Of a DNA stretch of 54,743 bases, positions 19,059-27,647 are shown in pieces. Origin of the DNA: an uncultured Pseudomonadales bacterium (GTDB lineage: Bacteria; Patescibacteriota; Microgenomatia; UBA1400; PJMF01); contig CAZBTU010000004.1 in NCBI GenBank assembly GCA_964494905.1, positions 1 to 54,743 of the forward strand. Reading direction: 5' to 3'. Under the pieces are notes generated by a model. That model was given only the letters and a program-made list of their open reading frames with translations. It searched no databases and was not told the DNA's origin. Every line of letters starts with the position of its first letter. Position 1 is the stretch's first letter. The position numbers were made by a program, and so were the translations under genes.

Positions 19059-20477
19059 ATGCATGAGCAGTCAAAAGGTCCCCAAGTCACTCAACAAAAC
19101 ATTGTGACGCGTGGCAGTGTTCAAGACGTAACGCAAGCGTATGTAGACCCAACACTTGCAAGAGTTCCCCTTGAACATTTTAAAACGGCAGTGAATAATC
19201 AAGAAAAATTTATTACTACTGCGTACGCTAAGCTAGAAAAAACCCGTAGTCGATTAAACAACACAAGAGGATTGGTCACAAAGCTAACTAACCAACTGGT
19301 GACGCTGCAAACTACTTGGTCAGGACAAGAATATCAAAAAAAAGCAGCAGCGTTCACAGATCAGTGTATTGGAGCTAAAAAAATGCTAGAAGGACTACAG
19401 CAAGAGGTGGAAGAGACTGCACAGATTGAGCGTGAGGAGTCCCTAACTCAAGATGGAACGACGAATGTTAAGCATACATTCGATCAATTGGTTAAACAAT
19501 TTAATGGTGTGGTGAATCTTCACCTCGAAACTGGAAATCTTCGCCCAAAATTTGAGTCAGCACTTAAGTCCGCTGACACACTCTCGGCATTAAGTGCAGT
19601 AGTGGCAGAACACTCCCACTACTTACTCCAATATAGTGAAAGCGATAACTACATTTCTCGTTTACAGCACCTTATAACTCAATTGCAATCTGATGCAGTT
19701 ACCTATGGAATCCAGTGGCCAAATGCACGTGCTGCTCAGCTGGTGAGGAGATTGGGAAGACATGCATATCCGGAGTTTTTCCATGAGCAACTTATGAAAG
19801 CTGCGCGCAATGAGGGAAAAAAGTATGAGAAAACCTGCGAAGCACTTTTATTTCTTAAGGAATTACCAGAATCTAAGCCTCCATCAGTGACACAGTTGAT
19901 TGAGCACTTCACCCAGTACGAGCACTTTGCTTTTCGGGTGCGAACCCAAGAAGGGCCAGAAGTAGTAACTAGTATGGCAAAGATTAGGGAGTCGCTCATA
20001 GAGGTTCGCAGAGGCTTACGATTCCGGATAGATGAATCAGGTAATTATCGACCGAACAATTTGCAGCTGGTGCAAGAGCTGAGGCAAGCTGGTGTTCCCA
20101 ATACCTTTCACTTAGCAGAAATTGCTGCGCGCGCACTCGACTCGACGACCAACCGATCTCAATATCGTGACGAGCTCCGGTCTGCTCAATTCCAGAGTTT
20201 GACGGAGTTGCAAGTCTTGTTGCGGCTGTCTGGAAGGTACATTCAGTTTACAGATCAGAGTGGAATTGCGAGCGCTTCTCAACTCGGTTCGGTACTTTCC
20301 GAATTAACAGCCAAATCAGATTGGCAAACAGTCAGGGGTCGTTTCGGCTTTGGACAGCAGAAAGCAGGACTAAAAGATATTCGAAATTTGTTAGCTGCCC
20401 GAGGTATGCCTGTGCGCAACAAGGTCGTGGAGCAAGCAGCGAACTTGTTATACAAAGAAATTAGAGCTTCTCATTGA
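19059..20477 (+). CDS. alpha-helical protein, paralog C (472 aa), unknown family
   Basis: Its 'YGIQWPNARAAQLVRRLG…YPEFFHEQLMKAARNEG…FAFRVRTQEG' aligns with paralog B 'YGPQWAKEPYIARHLIG…FPEFFYDALVRSAGIEG…FTFKVGTEDRG'. Confidence 0.7.
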   Translation: MHEQSKGPQVTQQNIVTRGSVQDVTQAYVDPTLARVPLEHFKTAVNNQEKFITTAYAKLEKTRSRLNNTRGLVTKLTNQLVTLQTTWSGQEYQKKAAAFTDQCIGAKKMLEGLQQEVEETAQIEREESLTQDGTTNVKHTFDQLVKQFNGVVNLHLETGNLRPKFESALKSADTLSALSAVVAEHSHYLLQYSESDNYISRLQHLITQLQSDAVTYGIQWPNARAAQLVRRLGRHAYPEFFHEQLMKAARNEGKKYEKTCEALLFLKELPESKPPSVTQLIEHFTQYEHFAFRVRTQEGPEVVTSMAKIRESLIEVRRGLRFRIDESGNYRPNNLQLVQELRQAGVPNTFHLAEIAARALDSTTNRSQYRDELRSAQFQSLTELQVLLRLSGRYIQFTDQSGIASASQLGSVLSELTAKSDWQTVRGRFGFGQQKAGLKDIRNLLAARGMPVRNKVVEQAANLLYKEIRASH

Positions 20478-20535
20478 TCTTTTTTGGGTTTATAGTAGAA
20501 TCGAGGTTTCCACATTATTATTTTGGGTGTGTTCT

Positions 20536-21495
20536 ATGGCAGCAAAACCATTGCTATCAGTTCGTTCGTTGACGAAAACCTATCCCGCTCGCGCAGGAGA
20601 GGCTCGGCCATTTACTGCCGTCAAAGATGTTTCTTTTTCGTTGGCTCCAGGAGAAATATTGGGGTTACTTGGTCCAAATGGTGCCGGTAAATCAACAACC
20701 ATTTCAATGTTGCTCGGAAGTTTAACTCCTACCAGTGGTTCGATTAGTTACTTTGGACAGGACTTCAGCACTCACAGGGCAGATATTTTGCAGCATGTCA
20801 CGTTTGCCAGCACCTACATCAAGTTGCCTTGGCGCTTAAGCGTGGCGGAAAACTTGCAAGTTTACGGATATTTGTACGGTTTGAGTCGACAACAGTTTCT
20901 GAAACGTATGGAAAAATTTCTCAAGTTTTTTGGCGTTTGGTGTGAACGGCATAAGACTATGAATGAGCTTTCCGCTGGACAAATCACGCGTGTGATGTTA
21001 GCAAAAGCCTTCATACCGCATCCGAAGATAATTTTGCTTGACGAACCCACTGCATCGCTTGATCCCGATATCGCTCACGAGGTCCGAGAGTTCGTCAAGA
21101 TACAACAAAAGGAGTACGGTAGTAGCATTCTCTACACTTCACACAATATGGATGAAGTTGCCGATGTTTGTGACAGAGTACTGTTCTTAAAGCAGGGGAA
21201 AATTATTGCTGCCGATACACCAGATAACTTAGCAAGATCGGTTTCGCATGCCCGGATGGTACTTACTGTCAAAGATGGTATGAAGCGTATTGAACGCTTC
21301 TCAACTGAAGCGGGCATTCCCGTGAGTGTGGCAGGCAGAGAGGTGAGTATTACAATTGATGAGCAACGGGTTGCAGGCTTTTTAGCTCGGCTGGCTGAAG
21401 CAGGCATTTCCTACTCCCAAATCACCATCGATAAACCGACTTTGGAAGACTACTTCTTACAGATGAGCAGAGAAGATGCTGCGGAGGATGTATGA
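20536..21495 (+). CDS. ABC transporter ATP-binding protein
   Basis: Walker A 'GPNGAGKST', signature 'LSAGQ', Walker B 'ILLDEPT', H-loop 'YTSHNM'. A GTG at 20527 is also a possible start. Confidence 0.85.
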   Translation: MAAKPLLSVRSLTKTYPARAGEARPFTAVKDVSFSLAPGEILGLLGPNGAGKSTTISMLLGSLTPTSGSISYFGQDFSTHRADILQHVTFASTYIKLPWRLSVAENLQVYGYLYGLSRQQFLKRMEKFLKFFGVWCERHKTMNELSAGQITRVMLAKAFIPHPKIILLDEPTASLDPDIAHEVREFVKIQQKEYGSSILYTSHNMDEVADVCDRVLFLKQGKIIAADTPDNLARSVSHARMVLTVKDGMKRIERFSTEAGIPVSVAGREVSITIDEQRVAGFLARLAEAGISYSQITIDKPTLEDYFLQMSREDAAEDV

Positions 21496-22280
21496 AACTG
21501 AGAAAACACATGGTTTGGGCGCTCTTCTTGCGCCATTTATACCCTCTTCAGCGCGACTTTGATTTGTTGTCTGACATGATTTATTGGCCAATTATCGATA
21601 CTTTGCTGTGGGGCGTGACAGGTCAGTGGTTAGCGCAGAGTTCAGGGGGAGCACGATTGGTTGTGTCTATCCTGTCTGGATTATTGTTGTGGAACGTGAT
21701 TTGGCGCTCTCAAGCAGAGGTAGCTAGGAATCTGATGGATGAAATTTGGAACAACAACTTAGTTAATCTGTTTTCGACGCCACTGACTATTACTGAGTGG
21801 GTGGTGTCAGTCATTTTGCTTTCAATTGGCAAAACAGTTGCGACTGTTTCGATGTTGAGCCCGATTATGTACTTGTTGTACAGAATAAATGTGCTTGAAA
21901 TAGGTCCTTGGTTGGGTCTATTTTTCATCGGTGCGACAATGACTGGTTGGTGGGTAGGTTTCTTGGCTGCTGGAATTGTGCTCAGAAAAGGGCCAAAAGT
22001 CCAGACCGTTATCTGGACATTGCCAGGAATTTTACTGCCGTTCAGCGCGATCTATTTTCCTATTACTCAATTGCCACTCTGGGCACGATGGATAAGTTAT
22101 TTAGTTCCAACTTCATATATTTTTGAAACTATGAGATCGGTATTAAATGGCATGCCAGTAGACTTGACACTCTTACTGATTAGCTTCTTGTTGAATAGCA
22201 TTTATCTTTTCTTCAGTGTTTGGTTTTTTGTTCGAAGTTTCAAGTATAGTCTCAACCTTGGGCTCGGACGGTTCAACTAA
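21492..22280 (+). CDS. ABC-2 type transporter permease
   Basis: 4-nt overlap with the ATPase gene (ATGA). Six hydrophobic segments. Size and placement are typical of ABC-2 permeases. Confidence 0.75.
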   Translation: MKLRKHMVWALFLRHLYPLQRDFDLLSDMIYWPIIDTLLWGVTGQWLAQSSGGARLVVSILSGLLLWNVIWRSQAEVARNLMDEIWNNNLVNLFSTPLTITEWVVSVILLSIGKTVATVSMLSPIMYLLYRINVLEIGPWLGLFFIGATMTGWWVGFLAAGIVLRKGPKVQTVIWTLPGILLPFSAIYFPITQLPLWARWISYLVPTSYIFETMRSVLNGMPVDLTLLLISFLLNSIYLFFSVWFFVRSFKYSLNLGLGRFN

Positions 22281-22335
22281 GAAGTCGGTCTGCCTGGTGA
22301 TTAGCATGTCCCATGTTTTATGACATACTAACTGT

Positions 22336-23187
22336 GTGAAAATAGATGATTTAGTTACTTCTGATGTGGGTTTCAAGGCAGCTTCTTCAGATTTGCCAGT
22401 TTTGAGGGAGTTGAAGTTTTCTTGGAAGAACCCACCGCTTTGGCGGCCAGAAAATAGTCTCGTTGTGTCTGAACATCAGTATTCCGATGGGCATGAGAGT
22501 GGGGAATCACTTTTTACAAGGCTAGATAAGCCAATGAACAGTTATGTTAAGTCGTTATGCACAAAGTACTTTGGTAAAAAAGGAAAAAGCTTTCTCAGGC
22601 ATTCCTTATTAGTGCGTTTTGCTTATCCGTCGGACCAGGAAGAGCTGGCAGCGAAAGACAGCTTGATTGATGTTGCTTTGAGGCCAGTTATTGCTGCTCA
22701 GACATCACAGTTACTCGAAAATCAGATAAAAGTAACCAAAAATCACGGCGAGTGGGAGTTTGTTTTGCTCACGCTGATTGGCAAGGCTGTATGGAATATC
22801 ATAGAGTCAACAGTTGTTTTAAACAAACTTCCAATGGATGGAGTACAGCCGGTTTTGGGTGCTCAACTACTGTTAGAACGAGGGCTCACAGAAGAACAAA
22901 TCATTAAACGATTCAAAATATTTCTTGACAGGTGGAATGAGGAATTTACGATGCGTAATCGCTCCCGTAGAGGTGGACTGCACAGTGATGCTGTGTGTCC
23001 GTATCGGTCAATGCCAATATGGAAGGCAGAGGGCTTTGCTGATGTGGTCGCAACGGCTCTTAAGCTGAGAGCTGGCACTGGGCTTTTGCCAACAGAAAAG
23101 GCTGCCTGGTCACACTTGTCAAAAACGGCACGGGTGTTGGTCGAAGAAGTAATCAGAGAGTTGCTTCCGGTTAATCAGAGGGAGTAG
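22336..23187 (+). CDS. hypothetical protein (283 aa), GTG start
   Basis: ORF only, no recognisable motif. Confidence 0.5.
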   Translation: MKIDDLVTSDVGFKAASSDLPVLRELKFSWKNPPLWRPENSLVVSEHQYSDGHESGESLFTRLDKPMNSYVKSLCTKYFGKKGKSFLRHSLLVRFAYPSDQEELAAKDSLIDVALRPVIAAQTSQLLENQIKVTKNHGEWEFVLLTLIGKAVWNIIESTVVLNKLPMDGVQPVLGAQLLLERGLTEEQIIKRFKIFLDRWNEEFTMRNRSRRGGLHSDAVCPYRSMPIWKAEGFADVVATALKLRAGTGLLPTEKAAWSHLSKTARVLVEEVIRELLPVNQRE

Positions 23188-23457
23188 CTATTCTTTCGAT
23201 TCAGTAACAGCCGGTCTTCTTATTTTTTTTGCTTCCATCCCTTTTCCCACAAGACCAATGATTGCTTGCCAGAGAAATTTGGGAATGAACTTGGGTCTCA
23301 GGCCCTCAACCATTCTGTCAGCCTTTTTCTGGGCTGCTGTGAGTACTTCCTGATGTGCAAATGAAATCTGTTGCACAAACTGCGCCAAATGTTCTTCTCG
23401 GACTTCTTGACGGGGTTGTTCGTGAGTATACGTGCGTTTTTCTTGTTCTAGTGACAT
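23188..23457 (-). CDS. small hypothetical protein (89 aa)
   Basis: ORF only. Charged N-terminal half and a hydrophobic C-terminal segment 'FLWQAIIGLVGKG'. Confidence 0.4.
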   Translation of the reverse strand: MSLEQEKRTYTHEQPRQEVREEHLAQFVQQISFAHQEVLTAAQKKADRMVEGLRPKFIPKFLWQAIIGLVGKGMEAKKIRRPAVTESKE

Positions 23458-23601
23458 TCTTGCCTTCCTACCTTAAGAATACGCTCGATATAGTATAGCA
23501 CTGAGTGATACATAGTTTGCTATTTCAGAAAAAAATGGTACATTATGGAATGGACGCTGCTAGTGCAGCACACTCTAGTTTGGAGTAGAAAGGCAATCAT
23601 T

Positions 23602-24012
23602 ATGTCACAAGGACCAGAACAAAAACATGATACCGACCATGTAGTGTCGCTAACAGAACGAGAAACTGTCCCAATGAATCTCAGGGAGAATTTAGCTGAG
23701 CTACAAGGCATGATTGGTGTCGACCAGACAGAAGTCAATAAATTAGTGAAAAGCTTAGATGGAGCAGGGTACTCATGGCTGGTTGTCTATCAAGAAAATA
23801 ACAAAAGGTTGAGACTCGATGATACGGTTGAGTTTTGTAAATCAAGTGTTCTTGATATGGGAATTGGTTTACATGAGGGACAGCAGTACAAAGGTGGGGT
23901 GTTGAAGAAAACTACCAGTTTTGCCCAAGAAATTCCAGCACCAAGCAATTACTATGATGATGAACCAAGCTACTTACTGAGTAAAGCAATGACTAGTGCG
24001 TACCAGAAATAG
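23602..24012 (+). CDS. hypothetical protein, tandem paralog 1 (start uncertain; the ORF opens at 23545)
   Basis: Homologous over its length to the next gene. Acidic Tyr-rich C-terminal tail 'NYYDDEPSY'. Confidence 0.55.
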   Translation: MSQGPEQKHDTDHVVSLTERETVPMNLRENLAELQGMIGVDQTEVNKLVKSLDGAGYSWLVVYQENNKRLRLDDTVEFCKSSVLDMGIGLHEGQQYKGGVLKKTTSFAQEIPAPSNYYDDEPSYLLSKAMTSAYQK

Positions 24013-24111
24013 TAAACGCTTGGTTGTCTGTACAAATGGATTCAGACAATGATACAGTAGTCAGTAGTACGAACATCGAGTTGTAGTTCGTACGAAAAAT
24101 CAAGGAGAAAA

Positions 24112-24540
24112 ATGTCAGAACAAGAAAAGCAAGGTCAAGGTGAAGCATTTAGCAGTGTTAACATGATGCCAGACAAACCTCAGAAAAGCCCTGAGCGACA
24201 ACTGAACAGTACCGACTTGAGGCAATTGATTCAGGATTTAAGATTGGAAATTGGAGTTGATGAAGCAGCCACTCAAAAGCTTGTTGATCGACTAAAAAAG
24301 AATGGGTATGTCTGGATGGTAGTTGATGCTCAGAATAATCTTCGCATTGACACTGACCTCACGATTGCTTTCTATGAGAAAGGATTGATGGAATTAGGCT
24401 TAGGCTTTTTAGAAAATCAACTATTTATGCATGGCAAGCTCAAGGCAACAGCGAGCTTTGTACCGCAAAAACCACTTCCCCCATACCACTATGGTGATGA
24501 TGATGATGGTTACACGCCAACTACTGGTTTATATCAGTAA
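24112..24540 (+). CDS. hypothetical protein, tandem paralog 2 (142 aa)
   Basis: AAGGAG SD. 'IGVDEAATQKLVDRLKKNGYVWMVV' aligns with 'IGVDQTEVNKLVKSLDGAGYSWLVV' in paralog 1. Tail 'YHYGDDDDGY'. Confidence 0.65.
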   Translation: MSEQEKQGQGEAFSSVNMMPDKPQKSPERQLNSTDLRQLIQDLRLEIGVDEAATQKLVDRLKKNGYVWMVVDAQNNLRIDTDLTIAFYEKGLMELGLGFLENQLFMHGKLKATASFVPQKPLPPYHYGDDDDGYTPTTGLYQ

Positions 24541-24575
24541 CTTAGTAAGTTGTGGTAATCAACTAATTGAAAAGC

Positions 24576-24605
24576 AAAAAAGTCCCGGTTTTTACCGGGA
24601 CTTTT
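24576..24605. terminator. bidirectional rho-independent terminator
   Basis: AAAAAA-GTCCCGGT-TTTT-ACCGGGAC-TTTT between convergent genes. Confidence 0.75.
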
Positions 24606-24632
24606 AGTAGTACAGGTTGTCAACAGCTGGGA

Positions 24633-25133
24633 CTAGAAAACTGTTTCCTTGGCTGCTATCGCCAGCGCATCAGGGATGTCTCGTACCCGGACCGTGCCAT
24701 CAGGGTGGCCGCGGACGATAAACTCATACGACATGTAATAAGTCGTGCGCTGAATCGAGACGAGGATAGGCTCTCCGAGCATTTCCCACTCAAACGTGAT
24801 TCCGCCATAGCGATTACTGGCATTTTTCAGGTGCCAGGTGGTTATACTACCCTCATTCCACAAACCCGTTGCTATGAAGGGTTCGATATACATTGCTTCA
24901 ATCTTGATGGGAAGGCCTGATTCGGCAATTTTTTCTTTCATTGCTAGAAGTCGGGCTTCGAAGAAGGTTTTGCTAACTGGGCTAAGCGGTGTTTGATCAT
25001 AGCCATCAAACAACAACTTTCCGTCCTTGATGGACCATGTGAGGACATCGAAGGCACTGTTGCCGTTAGATCGAGACCACTTGATTTTTGGTTTCTTCAA
25101 ATTTTTTACGAACGATTTTAGCCACGCAAACAT
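24633..25133 (-). CDS. hypothetical protein (166 aa)
   Basis: ORF ending at the bidirectional terminator. No motif recognised. Confidence 0.6.
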   Translation of the reverse strand: MFAWLKSFVKNLKKPKIKWSRSNGNSAFDVLTWSIKDGKLLFDGYDQTPLSPVSKTFFEARLLAMKEKIAESGLPIKIEAMYIEPFIATGLWNEGSITTWHLKNASNRYGGITFEWEMLGEPILVSIQRTTYYMSYEFIVRGHPDGTVRVRDIPDALAIAAKETVF

Positions 25134-25371
25134 CAGTCACTCCTTCGCCTGCCTCTGGAGGATAAAGGGATATGAAGCAGGGCAACAGAGAGAGCAATAC
25201 TCGCCCCATTGCCATGCTTCATGGTGACAACCTGTTAAAGAACCCTGTGCAGAAGCAAAAGCAGTATTTACACTACACAGTTTGTTTGAATTATAGCAAT
25301 AACTATAAAGATATGAAACTGAGCAATAAGGGTTTATAATAACTTCTTCGTAAGTGATACCTTGACGTACT

Positions 25372-26382
25372 ATGCAAAAAGAAAACAATAGTTTGCCAGT
25401 CACACTGTTCTCACAACGAGTAAGTGAAGCACAGCTCCAGTGGAAGGAAAAAAAAGGCACTTTTACAGAATTCTCTCAAGCCCTTGATGTCCCAACCAAA
25501 CTAACCAGACTTAATTATGCAAGCATCTTGAACAGTCTTCCCACATACATACCAGAAACTTTGAAGAGAGAACTCCAAGAGAAGCCTTTGCCATTGGTAG
25601 GGTTGAGTGTGTTTGAGGACAAGCGCTCTCATGAAGATCTTGGCTTTCCGGTAGCGATAGTTGTCCCGGATGAGTTGGTTTGCGATGGGGAGCAATACGC
25701 TTGGCGGTTGGGTATTCAGATTCTCAATGAAATTGCAACCGATACATTAGCACTCGATATTATGAAAGAAATGGGAGCACACTATCAACCAATTCGCTTA
25801 GCTCACGAGACAAGAGATCTTGGATTAGGATCGATACAGAAAGTTATTCGCAGGTTGCGTAAACAATTTGCAGAGTCGTACACAACCTTTTTGCAAGAAT
25901 TGGTTGTTGCTATGCTTAGTGGTGACATGCAAGCGGTAGATGCTCACTGTCAAGCGGTTGGTTATCACAGCATAAACCAGTTAGCTGTCGATATCGGCAA
26001 AAATGCACGTTACATCCCAGATATTTTATTGAAACTGAGGAAAAATCCCAATGTATTTACCAGGGCAATTTGGGGTTCAATATCTGGTGGACAAGTCAAT
26101 ATGAGACTTCCCGGTGTTATCAGTATTCATGCAGCCTCCCGGTTGCTTGGAAGTGTCAATCTCTTGATAGGTTCAGTTAATCTGCAAGTTGCACAAGAGG
26201 CATCACAAAGTGATGAGGTATTGAGCGCGGTCTACAACTACGCTATGTTTTTGTTTTGCGTCTTAGTTGGATTGCAGATGGTTGCGGGAACACCAGGCAT
26301 TTATGTGCACGAGGTCAGCCATTACTTGAGTCATACAGAAAATCATTTCGGTCTGATACCGATTAGTTATGACTTGGCCTAA
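25372..26382 (+). CDS. hypothetical protein with C-terminal HExxH motif (336 aa)
   Basis: 'IYVHEVSHYLSH' about 20 aa from the C-terminus. The N-terminal 'KGTFTEFSQALDVPTKLTRLNY' is weakly HTH-like. Confidence 0.6.
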   Translation: MQKENNSLPVTLFSQRVSEAQLQWKEKKGTFTEFSQALDVPTKLTRLNYASILNSLPTYIPETLKRELQEKPLPLVGLSVFEDKRSHEDLGFPVAIVVPDELVCDGEQYAWRLGIQILNEIATDTLALDIMKEMGAHYQPIRLAHETRDLGLGSIQKVIRRLRKQFAESYTTFLQELVVAMLSGDMQAVDAHCQAVGYHSINQLAVDIGKNARYIPDILLKLRKNPNVFTRAIWGSISGGQVNMRLPGVISIHAASRLLGSVNLLIGSVNLQVAQEASQSDEVLSAVYNYAMFLFCVLVGLQMVAGTPGIYVHEVSHYLSHTENHFGLIPISYDLA

Positions 26383-26411
26383 AGCCAATACATGCGTCGT
26401 ACAATAAAAGT

Positions 26412-27203
26412 ATGCAGAATAGTCGCGAAGTTTATAAAGGAGACAAAGGTACATCGTTCAAGGATTCGATAGATGCGGCGTATGCGCGTTTTACACGGCT
26501 AGAGTTTGGTTCAAGTAAGGAAAAGGACACAACAGAGTTTCTAAGGCACATTGCAATGACTGCTGATATGAATTATGGATATGCAGCAGTTTCCGAAAGC
26601 TTTGTTGATGCCAATAAAACCTCAGTCATCTTTTTACCTGTCGATTTGAGGGGATCACCTGGGCTGCAACCCATTGTGTGGGCAGGCGGCAGAGTTGAAG
26701 ATACTGACGAGAAAAAAATGTTGAGGGCTTCATTTATCTTTGAGAAGTTCGATACGACATTGCTCCTCAATCTAACACAGCTAGAAAAAGTTTTGCGTTG
26801 GTGTGATAAGGTCATAAATGAGGAAAATTATTACTTGATACGAGCGAAGTACTATGATGCTGTTTTTACTTTTTTTTCAAACTTAGAGTTATATAAACTC
26901 ACCTGTCGTGACGATGCGGTAATTTATAGGTATGCTGCTTCTGATGAAGAGGAAAATATTCCTCCAGAAAAGAGAGATAAATATGGTGATTGGGTTGCAA
27001 GGAGCCCTGAAGCAGTTCTACGAGTTGCAGAATATAAGGTTGCGACTCATTGGTTTAGAAAAGATGCCGTATCGGGTATGCAAAATGGCTATTTAGGCAA
27101 GTTGCATGTAAGAAGAAGTACTATCGGAAACGCAAAAAAGACGCACTACATAGCTCTTGATACAGCAGAAATACAAGCATTGGTTTTGATCAAGAAGGAC
27201 TGA
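26412..27203 (+). CDS. hypothetical protein (263 aa)
   Basis: ORF only. TACAAT lies 6 nt upstream of the ATG. Confidence 0.6.
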   Translation: MQNSREVYKGDKGTSFKDSIDAAYARFTRLEFGSSKEKDTTEFLRHIAMTADMNYGYAAVSESFVDANKTSVIFLPVDLRGSPGLQPIVWAGGRVEDTDEKKMLRASFIFEKFDTTLLLNLTQLEKVLRWCDKVINEENYYLIRAKYYDAVFTFFSNLELYKLTCRDDAVIYRYAASDEEENIPPEKRDKYGDWVARSPEAVLRVAEYKVATHWFRKDAVSGMQNGYLGKLHVRRSTIGNAKKTHYIALDTAEIQALVLIKKD

Positions 27204-27215
27204 TAGATAGTGTTG

Positions 27216-27647
27216 TGGAGATGAGGAGGTGCGACCTCCTGTCCGCAATGAGACTGTTCCAACATCTACAGACATAGTGCGTTTTTGATATTGCCACGGT
27301 GGTAAACGGACAAACCGGTTCGTGAGCAACCCCTGTCTAAAGGCTTATGAAAGTCCGGACAGGAGCGGACAATCGGTCACACTGACTGTGTTTCCACCCA
27401 CCCGTTAGCGCCAGTGAGACTGAACGAGTGAATGCCGTTATGCAAACAGCTGAGCTGTTTGATATTGGGTGTTAAAGTTTGAACCACCAACAGTGTCTAG
27501 CAACTGTGAAGCTGCATCTGCGACGGCGTCTTTAACACGTTTGGCTGAAAGATTGCCAATTGTGTTTTTGACCCTGTTTAACGTCTTTTTGGTCAAAGAC
27601 GGTCTGCAGTTGGTAACGAGCACATCACGTCAATGCAATACATCCCC
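27216..27647 (-). ncRNA. ssrA: transfer-messenger RNA (tmRNA)
   Basis: Read on the minus strand. The 5' GGGGAUG pairs with the 3' CAUCUCC, including a G3-U70 wobble, followed by discriminator A. T-arm AGGAG-GUCGCAC-CUCCU is preceded by GCGGAC, as in E. coli '…CGGAC GCGGG UUCAACU CCCGC CAGCUCC A'. The 5' 'GCAUUGACGUGAU' resembles 'GGAUUCGACGGGAU'. An internal reading frame ends …NFNTQYQTAQLFA-UAA inside a hairpin. Confidence 0.82.

Noticed and set aside
24567-24920. A 117-aa plus-strand ORF.
   Set aside because: It starts inside the bidirectional terminator and is antisense to the 24633-25133 CDS.
25137-25460. A 107-aa minus-strand ORF in the divergent intergenic region.
   Set aside because: It is Cys-rich with odd composition, overlaps the start of the 25372 CDS and spans the probable promoter region.
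27346-27370. The plus-strand 'GAAAGTCCGGACAGGAGCGGAC' resembles the RNase P RNA CR-I motif (GAGGAAAGUCCGGGC) and SRP RNA helix 8 (GGUCCGGAAGGAAGCAGC).
   Set aside because: There is no complementary P4 3' strand (CCGGCUU-like) downstream and no SRP-type hairpin partner. The minus strand of the same spacer gives a complete tmRNA (acceptor stem with G3-U70, T-arm, tag ORF), which explains the structure better.
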